Shown here piece after piece: positions 27,861 through 38,402 of a DNA stretch of 53,808 nucleotides (position 1 is its first letter; the number at the start of each line of letters is the position of its first letter). The position numbers and the translations under genes are program-made. The stretch is taken from contig JAUCBJ010004003.1 of assembly GCA_032718475.1 (NCBI GenBank), positions 1 through 53,808 of the forward strand, given 5' to 3'. This DNA comes from Nemertoderma westbladi. Lineage: Eukaryota; Animalia; Xenacoelomorpha. Under the pieces are notes generated by a model. It was given only the letters and a program-made list of their open reading frames with translations, searched no databases and was not told the DNA's origin.

Positions 27861-29189
27861 TTATGACTTGGATTTATCATAGAAGTACAATGTTGAGGTG
27901 GTTTGATCTTGTGCGTCAACATCAGCTGAGTGGTCTCCCCCTGACCGAGTAGGGACTTTTATAGAGTTCTTTCTGAGTTGTTTTATGAGTTTGGAAACGT
28001 CGATTCTACCCACACTATCCTGCCGTCCGCACTCTTGGATATTGTTACAAACCTTAATGATGAACGCTGAACCCTGGTCGTCGTAGACTGGCAGCTTCTG
28101 ACCCTTGCTGCATCCCAGTATCAGGGCGATATCTTTGAACTTATTACCATTTATACTTAGATCGACATCTTGGGATAGCCGTGAGGTATCTTGACACGCC
28201 TCCACGAAGAACAAGCGTGGGCGTGCCGGATCGCATAACGCTGGGCATTTCGATCCTACAAATAGATCCACGATATTTAGGATGTCTACGGAACTCCCAT
28301 CAGGACAGAGAATAGACCCATAGGATCCGTGGCTCATAATGAACACAACCAGACACTCAACTGGTACGGCTCGAATGGTAAGATTAGAGCGGTACCGTTT
28401 GAACCCTTCCATAACTTCGGCGGCGTTGGAAGTAACCGGAATATCTTGATGTTCCACATGGAATCCGTGGAGGTTCTCAAAACATTCCTTAATTATCTTT
28501 ACGTCTTTAGTGGAACCCTCCAAACGGGAATTTACGTCTGGCGATAAAAACGAGGGTATATTTACTATGAGGCAGATTTTGAGCCCGAATTTCGTGACGC
28601 TGGGGTAGGCATCGGCTGGTTCAACTTGAAGGATCAAGTTCCCCCTGGCCCCGGGGGGACCTGGAACCGAGTGATGAAAGTCAGCCATATCGACATCCCC
28701 GGAACCACGGTGTTCGGTTACCCTCTCAGGGTGAATAACGCGAGTGTTGTTCTCTTCTTGAATACCGCTTCGGGGATGGGTTTGGTTGCTGGTCGCCATG
28801 ATCGCCGGTTGGGAAGGCCCCTGGATGAGGAACACCGATTGGTCTGCGTCGTGGCTTGCCTGTATTCGATCGAGGTAAACCGAGTCTGGTAGACATCTTA
28901 TTCGGGGTTCGAAATAGCGGAATAGATGCTGAGTCTCATTGAATTTGCGCAGAATAGCGAAAAACTTGAAGAAATCTTCATCAGGACGCCGCATTAACTG
29001 TGTCAAGAGATTGTAAATCGTGTCCATCGATGTTTTCCTATTTGCATTAGGGCCCTGTATGCTCTCGAGTTGATGGGTTGTAAATATACCGTCAGATACC
29101 ATTACCCGCAGAATCAATCCTGTTTCAAGGTGCTGGGTAATAAAGTATTCAATGGACTTTGTTAATATCTCTTGTAGTTCATGCCTCAT
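27861..29189 (-). CDS. Intronless CARD/death-fold caspase-like protein (442 aa), atypical active-site pentapeptide EACQD
   Basis: Uninterrupted ORF with accaccATG start; N-terminal helical CARD-like region of about 95 aa; ICLIVN, CLVVFIMSHG, CPAL..PRLFFVEACQD, small-subunit DIAL..GSAFI and STLYF. Confidence 0.9.
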   Translation of the reverse strand: MRHELQEILTKSIEYFITQHLETGLILRVMVSDGIFTTHQLESIQGPNANRKTSMDTIYNLLTQLMRRPDEDFFKFFAILRKFNETQHLFRYFEPRIRCLPDSVYLDRIQASHDADQSVFLIQGPSQPAIMATSNQTHPRSGIQEENNTRVIHPERVTEHRGSGDVDMADFHHSVPGPPGARGNLILQVEPADAYPSVTKFGLKICLIVNIPSFLSPDVNSRLEGSTKDVKIIKECFENLHGFHVEHQDIPVTSNAAEVMEGFKRYRSNLTIRAVPVECLVVFIMSHGSYGSILCPDGSSVDILNIVDLFVGSKCPALCDPARPRLFFVEACQDTSRLSQDVDLSINGNKFKDIALILGCSKGQKLPVYDDQGSAFIIKVCNNIQECGRQDSVGRIDVSKLIKQLRKNSIKVPTRSGGDHSADVDAQDQTTSTLYFYDKSKS

Positions 29190-29787
29190 GGTGGTTTGGT
29201 TACAATGAAAACAAATCCGAGTATTAAACAGTTAAATACTGAAATAATAGCTGATTAGGAATTAATATTTTAATGTAGGGCAGTAGAGCCTATTGTAAAT
29301 CAACGTTTGCCATTGCATTAGACCTACAGCAGTACAGGTACCGCATACAGGTATAATTTAGGCCTAGGCCTTCCTTTATCACTTATCTTTCAAATTTATG
29401 ATTTGAATTAGGGCCTAAATAAAAATTATGCCTAAACTACTACACACTAGCATAGCATACTGCTATTATAGGCAATATGGCCTACCCACACAGCCAGTCA
29501 ATACAGCAATACAGTGCCCTTTCTGCTTTCAGCCCTTCAACAGTTCAGCAGTTCAAACCATAGCCCACTACTATCACTATACACCATGTCCTGGAATATA
29601 GTGCCGTTATTCGGGTACATGTAAAGAGCGGACTGCGGACTGCGGACTACGGACTGCAGATTGTCAATTAAAAGCCCAAATATGCGCGGTCAATTTGAAT
29701 TTATAGCATTATAATGCGCAATATTTTTTATTGTCCGTTTAAATCCTTTTTTTGTCCTTTTTTTTTATTTTTTATGTCCTCCAAAAG

Positions 29788-31452
29788 GGGTATAACTTTT
29801 GCGTAGAGGTATAGCCTACATAGAGGCTACATGTAGGTATGTGTAGCCTACATGTAGATGCACGTGTAGGGTGAATGTAGGTAGGTGTAGGTAGGTCTTT
29901 AAAAACAACAATGATGAATGAATAGGCCTACACGGGGTACCCGGACCCGAACTTCCTCGATGAGATGCGAATGCGGCGAACGGGGGTGGCACCCGGAACA
30001 ACCATGAAGAGATGCGCATATGGCGGGCGGTGGTACCCGAAACAACCAGGAGGAGATGCGAATACGTCGAATGGGGGTCCCCTGACACCTGAATACCCAC
30101 GAGACGGAGCCTATCAATACTACAGTACTGACAAAGGAAAAAACGACTGAACGATATACCGATACATACTGTAGATCTTATGATCCTGCGGGTTCGGGCA
30201 TGGAGGCTAATGACTTTGTATGGGCCGAACGGCCCGAACCTTATGTTTCCAGTCAAGGAGGAATCGACTAACGGTTCGGGTTAGAGCTCGTCGTCGGTGT
30301 CCATGAGGGTCTGAGGATGAGTGGGTAATTAAACAAAACGCTAACAATGATACCGGACTGACTGATTGAACCAGAGTGGCGATGGTAGTCGCTGATGTAT
30401 ATATATTATATATATCATGTATTGATTGTTAGTAGATATTTTTTATAGTATTTGTTTATTAAATTGTCTTCAATGTCTATATTGATAATATTGTGTGCTG
30501 TGCTGATTTTACTTATTTTTCACTTTATAAATCTTGCTGTGGCCGTTTTAATCTACTAAACTGCCGTATCAATTTCATGATATTTTAATGGATATGCAAT
30601 TTAACTTCTTCTTTCTATTAACTTTCAATGCAATCAAATATAACTGTAAAGCTATTGACTTTCGTGCTATTGTTTTGCTGTTCTTCGAGATGGGATTTGA
30701 ATCCCATCGGATTACTGATTAATTCCCATCATCGAGATGGGAATACTTTATAATGAAACAGTGTGGTGGTCCGCGGGATAGTGGGAAAGGATGGGACTGT
30801 TGCTGGTTGGTGGAATGTGACTGCCTGAAAAATTAAAACAAACAAAACTTCCAGACTTCTATATTTTTACTTTCAAAACAAAACGTCCAAAACATTTCAA
30901 TGCTGAAGTACTGTTCAAGTCCCATGGATGTATGGTTGATAAACAGATAAAGAGGGGCAGAGGGGGGTCAGGGTTTCTGGTAGACTATAGTCCCCGCGAT
31001 GATGGCTGTTCTTGATTAGGTTACTCTTACTCAATAAACATATAAATCAGAACGAGTTAATCTAATGGAACGATGCCTTTCGTGGCGTTAGCATACTCAA
31101 ATTTATTAGGGCATAATATTTATGACGATGAGTAAGGGACTTTAGTATAATCAGAACGCGATGTTTGATATTTATACAGTACTGCAGTACGGTATGCAGT
31201 AAAACCTGTTGTCTGACAGCAGACAGGTCTGCAGGTTGATGTACCGTATTGTACCGTGGAGATCAGAGATTATTGCCATACATCCTGATTGACGACCGTG
31301 TATCACGTTACTGCAAGTTGACACATAAATTACATTAATATCTATGGGACTACACCTACCTACATTCACCCTACATGTGCATCTACATGTAGGCTACACA
31401 TACCTACATGAAGCCTCTATGTAGGCTATACCTCTACGCAAAAGATATACCC
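29788..31452. mobile_element. Non-autonomous MULE-like element (1665 bp, TIRs of about 100 bp) with gene-like cargo
   Basis: GGGTATA...TATACCC termini; perfect 9-bp TSD ctccaaaag (29779-29787, 31453-31461); the empty site is preserved in the duplicated segment near 32866-32880. Confidence 0.92.
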
Positions 31453-34192
31453 CTCCAAAAGTCTAATGTTAGGTTCCATGCTACCGGTTTCTCTACTGCT
31501 GTTCTCTCAGGCTATCAGTACCGGTATTAGTATATATAGCACTATTTTGCTGTATTGTATGTACAGATGTAGGTATAAAGCAGGTATTTCTGTATTTTAG
31601 TACCGGTACCGGCACCGGTACTGCTATAGGCCTATTGTGTAGCCTACCATTTAAATACGGTAATGGTAGGCCTACCGGTTGTGCTAATAAATTTTAAATA
31701 ATTGATAGGCCAAACTGGATTGCAGGATTGTGGAAAATGTGGATATACCTTTCACATAATTTAGGCCTATTACTCTGTATTAGTTTTATAATCAATAATG
31801 GATCATGACTACTGTCTGAGTAGTGTTACGGATAGTGGCACCACTACTTCCAACAGCACAGAAGGCCCGCCTCTGTAACCTGCCCCTTTCCCTCAATTAG
31901 TTAAATGATCGTTTATTGTTTTGGTTAGATAATCCCGCCTCTGTAACCTGCTCCTTTCCCTCAATTGGTAATGTTATCGTTTATTGTTTTGGTTAGAAAA
32001 TCCCGTCTCTGTAACCTGCTCCTTTCCCTCAATTAGTTAAATGATCGTTTATTGTTTTGGTTAGAAAATCCCGCCTCTGTAACCTGCCCCTTTCCCTCAA
32101 TTAGTTAAATGATCGTTTATTGTGTTGGTTAGAAAATTCCGCCTCTGTAACCTGTCCCTTTCCCTCAATTAGTTAAATGATCGTTTATTGTTTTGGTTAG
32201 AAAATCCCGCCTCTGTAACCTGCTCCTTTCCCTCAATAAGTTAAGTAAGTGATCGTTTATTGTTTTGGTTAGAAAATCCCGCCTCTGTAACCTGCTCCTT
32301 TCCCTCAATTAGTTAAGTGATCGTTTATTGTTTTGGTTAGAAAATCCCGTCTCTGTAAACCTGCTCCTTTCCCTGATTTGGTAAAGTGACTGTTTATTGT
32401 TTTGGTTAGAAAACTCGGCATTAACCTGCTCCTTTCCATCAATTGGTAATTGTTTTTGGCTATAAAATGAGTGTTTTGCTACGTCATGTGGTAATCGATT
32501 ATCGACAACAACCACAAACTATTAAATATAGAGTCTTTTTACCACAGGCGCATATGGAAATCTATCTCATAGTCTATAAATCATGGAATCATGGAATGTT
32601 TTGGCACAGGCATAGTGAAATCAACTGTCTGACAGTCCAGAAATCAGCAGTCTGACAGTTTGAAGAAATACATACATAGAAAGTCATTAAAAGGACAATA
32701 AAAGTCATTAAAAGGACAACAAAAGTCATTATGCATAATTCGTAAAAAAAAATGACAAAAAAAGTCAAATAAAAGGACATAAAAAATCACTGCCATTATA
32801 ATGCGCAATAATTTTTATTGTCCATTTTTATCCTTTTTTTGTCAATTTTTTTTGATTTTTTATGTCATCCAAAAGTCTAATGTTAGGTTCCATGCTACCG
32901 GTTTCTCTACTGCTGTTCTCTCAGGCTATCAGTACCGGTTAGTATATATATAGCACTATTTTGCTGTATTTTATGTACAGATGTAGGTATAAAGCAGGTA
33001 TTTCTGTATTTTAGTACCGGTACCGGCACTGGTACTGCTATAGGCCTACTGTGTAGCCTACCATTTAAATACGGTAATGGTAGGCCTACCGGTTGTGCTA
33101 ATAAATTTTAAATAATTGATAGGCGAAACTGGATTGCAGGATTGTGGAAAATGTGGATATACCTTTCACATAATTTAGGCCTTACTGTATTAGTTTTATA
33201 ATCAATAATGGATCATGACTACTGTCTGAGTAGTGTTACGGATAGCGGCTCCACTACTTCCAACAGCACAGAAGGCCCGCCTCTGTAACCTGCCCCTTTC
33301 CCTCAATTAGTTAAATGATCGTTTATTGTTTTGGTTAGAAAATCCCGTCTCTGTAACCTGCTCATTTCCCTCAATTAGTTAAATGATCGTTTATTGTTTT
33401 GGTTAGAAAATCCCGTCTCTGTAACCTGCTCCTTTCCCTGATTTGGTAAAGTGACTGTTTATTGTTTTGGTTAGAAAATCCCGCCTCTGTAACCTGCTCC
33501 TTTCCCTCAATTAGTTTAAGTGATCGTTTATTGTTTTGGTTAGGAAATCCCGCCTCTGTAACCTGCTCCTTTCCCTCAATTGGTAATGTTATCGTTTATT
33601 GTTTTGGTTAGAAAATCCCGCCTCTGTAACCTGCTCCTTTCTCTCAATTGGTAATGTTATCGTTTATTGTTTTGGTTAGAAAATCCCGTCTCTGTAACCT
33701 GCTCCTTTCCCTCAATTAGTTAAATGATTGTTTATTGTTTTGGTTAGAAAATCCCGTCTCTGTAACCTGCTCCTTTCCCTGATTTGGTAAAGTGACTGTT
33801 TATTGTTTTGGTTAGAAAACTCGGCCTTAACCTGCTCCTTTCCATCAATTGGTAATTGTTTTTGGCTATAAAATGAGTGTTTTGCTACGTCATGTGGTAA
33901 TCGATTATCGACAACAACCACAAACTATTAAATATAGAGTCTTTTTACCACAGGCGCATATGGAAATCTATCTCATAGTCTATAAATCATGGAATGTTTT
34001 GGCACAGGCATAGTGAAATCAACTGTCTGACAGTCCAGAAATCAGCAGTCTGACAGTTTGAAGAAATACATACATAAAAAGTGACAATAAAAGTCATTAA
34101 ATGGACAACAAAAGTCATTATGCATAATTCGTAAAAAAAAAGTGACAAAAAAAGTCAAATAAATTGACATAAAAAATCACTGCCATTATAAT
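31453..34192. repeat. Direct duplication of about 1.4 kb, each copy holding about 9 units of a 68-bp repeat (about 31866-32460 and 33276-33865)
   Basis: 31453-32800 matches about 32868-34192; unit cccgcctctgtaacctgctcctttccctcaattagttaaatgatcgtttattgttttggttagaaaat. Confidence 0.92.
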
Positions 34193-34193
34193 G

Positions 34194-34935
34194 TAAGAAT
34201 CCGCTCTTTGTTGTCTGGACAAACGGCGGAATGAAGCCAGAAAATTGTAACCTGATTGGCTCAATCATTTACATAGGCCCAAAGGGAACTTTCCTGAATC
34301 CTCTTATTGGCTTAAATGTTTTCATTGTGACACATAGAGATGGAAACACAAACAATATTCCAACATTACTACAGTATAATTATACTGCAAGTAATTAAGT
34401 AGGCCTACCGGTGCGGTATCAATTAAGCTATGCCGTCAGCAGGCATGTACAGTACTGTTGGCCTACCGGTCAGCCGGTTGAAGTTTTCGATTACTTCAAA
34501 CTAAAACTAAGTATAATAATTAGCGTAATCGATGGCGGCCGTATTGCACGTAGTAGGCCTATTCTTAAACGTCCAAAACTAAACTTACTATAATACTGTA
34601 CATCCAGGTTTACGTAAGATGATAGTGCCTTGATGTGAAAGTTTAGGAAAATATTACCTGATTACTACTGTATTTACAGTAGAGGTAGGTTCGCCACTAG
34701 TATATTAGTTCCTTAATCAACAGTGCACGTAATTAGGCCTACTGTATAGGATAATTATTTCCTGTATTACAGTGTTGCACAATGGTAAACATTTAAAAGC
34801 CAATGCTGCAATGGGATGATTCATTCTTTAAGCTCCCTTTCAGCCTATGTAAATCAGTAAATGATTGAGCCAATCAGGTTACAATTTGCCGGCTTCAGTC
34901 CGCTATTTGTCCAGACAACAAAGAACGGATTCTTA
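34194..34935. mobile_element. MITE-like element with TIRs of about 78 bp
   Basis: taagaatccgctctttgttgtctggacaaa...ctcaatcatttac pairs with gtaaatgattgag...tttgtccagacaacaaagaacggattctta. Confidence 0.75.
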
Positions 34936-36358
34936 GTTTGGAAGTCGATAATTCAAATTAACCGCGTGGATTTCGGCAAACCACAGTCCGTAGTCCGCCA
35001 GTCCGCAGTCCGCTCTTTACATGCACCCTCGTTATTCTGGTACATGGACCCCCCCCCCCCCCCTCCCCCCAAATTTTTCTACAAATCTTAATGAGATTGC
35101 ATGAAATTTGAAACAGAGTTAGTTTCACCTCCCTCCTCCTTACTGGGTGAGCCAGAATTTTTATTTTCGATTTCATTCTTTAGCTACAAGCTTTTGAAAA
35201 TAGTGTCTCCGGCGAAATTGCACGTGTTGCACCAATCACACCACAGTTATTCTTCAACCTTATTATAATTTGTTAGTCAGTTAGTACTAATTTAAAGCCA
35301 GTCGTGCAAGGATTCCAAAAATGTAAAAACATTTGAATTTGGTAGAGAAATAGCCGAGATATGGGCATTCGAAAGTTGCATGTATTTGCTTCCCCTGCAC
35401 GCCATTTATTCTATTTAATAATTACATCATATTCTGGAACATTTTGTTTACCCCATACGTAGCTGGGCAACAATGCAATGTTTCTTTAAACATACTATTA
35501 TGTAGCTATTCATACATAAACAAAATGTTCTAGAATATGTTATTTTTATTTAATAGAATAAAACAGCCTCGCGCAGGTGTAAAACCATGAAACATTTGAA
35601 CGCTCATTTCACAACCAAATTCAAATGTTTTTACATTTTTGGAATCCTTGCATGGTTAGCTTTCTATTTATAAAAAACAAATCGCGATAAGGTTCATGAA
35701 TAACTGCAGTGTAACTTGTGAAATACAGTATCACTGGAGACACCTTTTTCAAACGCTTGTAGCTAAAGAATGAAATCGAAAATAAAAATTCTGGCTCACC
35801 CAGTAAGGAGGAGGGAGGTGAAACTAACTCTGTTTCAAATTTCATGCAATCTCATTAAGATTTGTAGAAAAATTGGGGGGGGGGGGAGGTCCATGTACCA
35901 GAATAACGACACTATATTCCAGGACATGGTGTAAGCAAGCAGTACGCACCCAGCATTGCTCTATTGAAATATAATTATTATAATGAAACAACTGGACGAC
36001 ACTACTGTAGTATTAATACCCGTACGTACTTCCACTCACTGTAATAATATTACAATAATAATACAGGATTCCAAAAATCCTTTAGAAGGCCTATTATTGG
36101 CCTATTAAAGAGGCTCCCTCCCAGGATTTAGTCTTATGTGCGACATACTGACATTCTCCTACAGTCATAAACAACCGTAACTGTGCATTGTGCAGTAGCC
36201 ATACACTACCTGACTACCTAGCTGCCTGCAGGCCTAGGCCTACATACTACAGTACTACACCTGTACATCAGTACATGGTACACAGACAACAGATACTACA
36301 GTTGGTACTGGATACTGGTACATGCTGACAAGTACAGCCACAAGTTTAAATCGTCGCG

Positions 36359-37830
36359 ATGATAGACGCGAAACTCGAGAACGTTCTCACTAACAACCTC
36401 GTCTTTATCGTCGAGGAGATGAATACCGAGTCCTTGTTAGGAGTGATGCAATCTTTGAGGATGGTATCAAAAGAAACCGTTAACGTAGTCCTGTACAAAG
36501 GCGGTTCCACGAAACAGTCCAAGGAAGACATGGCCTTAGATTTCGTTAAACTAATCCGTAAAGGAACTAACACGGGATTCTACATGTACCTCAAGGCTCT
36601 GAGAAGCGGTCATCAGATCCACATAGCGGACCGTCTGGAGATGGCCTGTCTGGTAGAGCTGGACGAGTTGCAGAGACCCATGTGCTCGGTTTACGAGCCC
36701 AGGTACAATCGGGTATGTCTACTCCTTAACGTGACTCTGTTTCAGAAAAAACCGAGGACTTTCATCCCTAGAGAAGTTGGATCGATGCATGATGTTAGGG
36801 AGTTAGAGGAGACCTTCAGTGGTTTGCTGGGTTGGAGATTGATCAAACAGGTTAGAGAACTGCAGTGGGTAGCTGGGTTGGGCCTAGCTGCCAGCCTGGC
36901 ACCTGGTAGTGCATTAGTGCTTGCCTGTGGCCACCCTCATTGCGGTTCTTAAAAAGTAAAAAATACATCGAATATTATAATATTAATAATAACTTATAAT
37001 TTCCCAACAGGGGACTGGAGATATGACTGCAGAGGAACTCAGACACGAATTGGTAGAGTTCAAGGCCAGGAAAGACCTTCAGCCAATCGAATGTTTGTTT
37101 GTGTTTGTGATGAGTCACGGTAACCTAGGCAATCTGGTGGGGTCTGATGGGAAAAGCGTTGCTGTGGAGAGGATTGTGGAGAGTCTTTGTGGGGATGAGT
37201 GCCCCGCATTACGGAGGGTACCCAAGGTTGGTACCATACTTTAAACTAATGCTAATAACCGAAAAAACTGAATTTAAGTACTGCAAATTGCTGAGAAAGA
37301 AATTAAAGGGATAAATCTTAATGGAATAACCAGATATAAATTTTTTTCGAATTATTGAGATATAACTAATAGGCCTACAGGTTGAGCCGATAATACGATA
37401 TACCAATATTAGTAATACGTTAGGTCTACTGTATATTGGCTGGAGCGCCTGATCTGGAGGTATTCTTATGTAAAGGTATAATTTTTTCTCTCAGATATTC
37501 TTCGTGGAATCTTGTCAAAGTAAACCCGAGCTGCATCCGCTCTCTCTTCCTCGACCCAAGTTCTCCGATGTAGCCGTATTCCTCTGCTGCTCTCCCCGCG
37601 ATTCCATCCCCCATTGCGACGTGCGTCGCATCGGTTCCCCTTTCATCGCAAACATCTGCCGGTTCTTCAAGACGAACTACGACAACGAGGAATCATCCTG
37701 TGCTTCCCATCTGTTCCGATACATGCGTCCGCAGGTTGGATACCCTGGCCATTCGAAGTTAACCCTCCCCACCCTCCCCTCCTATACATGGCATATAAAC
37801 AATTTATCCAACGATTTCGAGCTGTGGTAG
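36359..37830 (+). CDS. CARD/death-fold caspase-like protein, 3 exons (36359-36850, 37011-37226, 37495-37830; about 347 aa), atypical pentapeptide ESCQS
   Basis: Two phase-0 GT-AG introns join CARD-like N-terminus + VCLLLN, CLFVFVMSHG..CPALRRVPK, and IFFVESCQS..DVAVF..GSPFI. A possible extra donor near 37735 cannot be excluded. Confidence 0.88.
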
Positions 37831-38238
37831 ATAGTATAGTAGACAATTCTACTGAAATGCTTCATCTATCCTAGTCATAACATCTGTAATATTCTTCGAG
37901 TTGTCTGCGTGAGGAGTGTTGGCGTGTTTGTGAAACACAGAAGATGTAGATCATGAATTAGTTTACAGGCTGGGTCTACCGCCAGATTGACAATAACCTG
38001 GTTGATTGTGGTTATGGAATACTCACTAACTTACCCCAGATAATAGTTGATAGACTCTGATATATTAATCTATCAGGTGGCACTGGCTGGACAACCAATT
38101 CTATATTTTGAATTTCTTACGGTTAAATTATAAAAACTCATAACAAAGTATTCCGATTCACTCGGCATTCAACATAATATACTCAAACGTTGTTGCTGAA
38201 TGTTTAGTGTAGTGTCCCTCTAACTGTGTTTCACTCAC

Positions 38239-38402
38239 CGTTAACAACACCCACACTGCCATCACTGGGAGGTAGGTCCATGTCGGATGTGTCACTGTCA
38301 CTGTATGGTAGACGACGACTGGGGGGCGGTTGTGCAGACCCAGGGGCCGTTTGTCGTGGCAAGTTTAACGGAGGTCCAATGTTCTGTGGTTCCAGGTCAT
38401 AC
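38239..38402 (-). CDS. RIMS: RIM exon, C2A end plus Pro/Ser-rich segment
   Basis: Completes the split Trp codon (tg|g) to give WYDLEPQN..SRRLPYSDSDTSD; ends in a gtgagt donor. Confidence 0.88.

Larger units (their letters stand above)
29613..35028. mobile_element. Non-autonomous TIR element with 9-bp TSD (MULE-like), 5416 bp including nested inserts
   Basis: TIR gggtacatgtaaagagcggactgcggac / gtccgcagtccgctctttacatgcaccc; TSD ccgttattc (29604-29612) and tcgttattc (29035-type match at 35029-35037, one mismatch). Confidence 0.85.
29582..35931. mobile_element. Tc1/mariner-type MITE (about 0.9 kb, long TIRs) interrupted by a 5.4-kb insertion
   Basis: TA-CACCATGTCCTGGAATATAGTG ... CACTATATTCCAGGACATGGTG-TA; 35029-35340 is an inverted copy of about 35620-35910. 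Confidence 0.85.

Noticed and set aside
30750-30824. Terminal RIM exon (phase-compatible acceptor, GSHIPP...SL*)
   Set aside because: It lies inside a TSD-bounded mobile element and has no RIM similarity; treated as cargo, although exonisation is not excluded.
36851-36952. C-terminal extension of ORF 36359-36952
   Set aside because: Intron read-through; splicing at 36850 restores the caspase domain.
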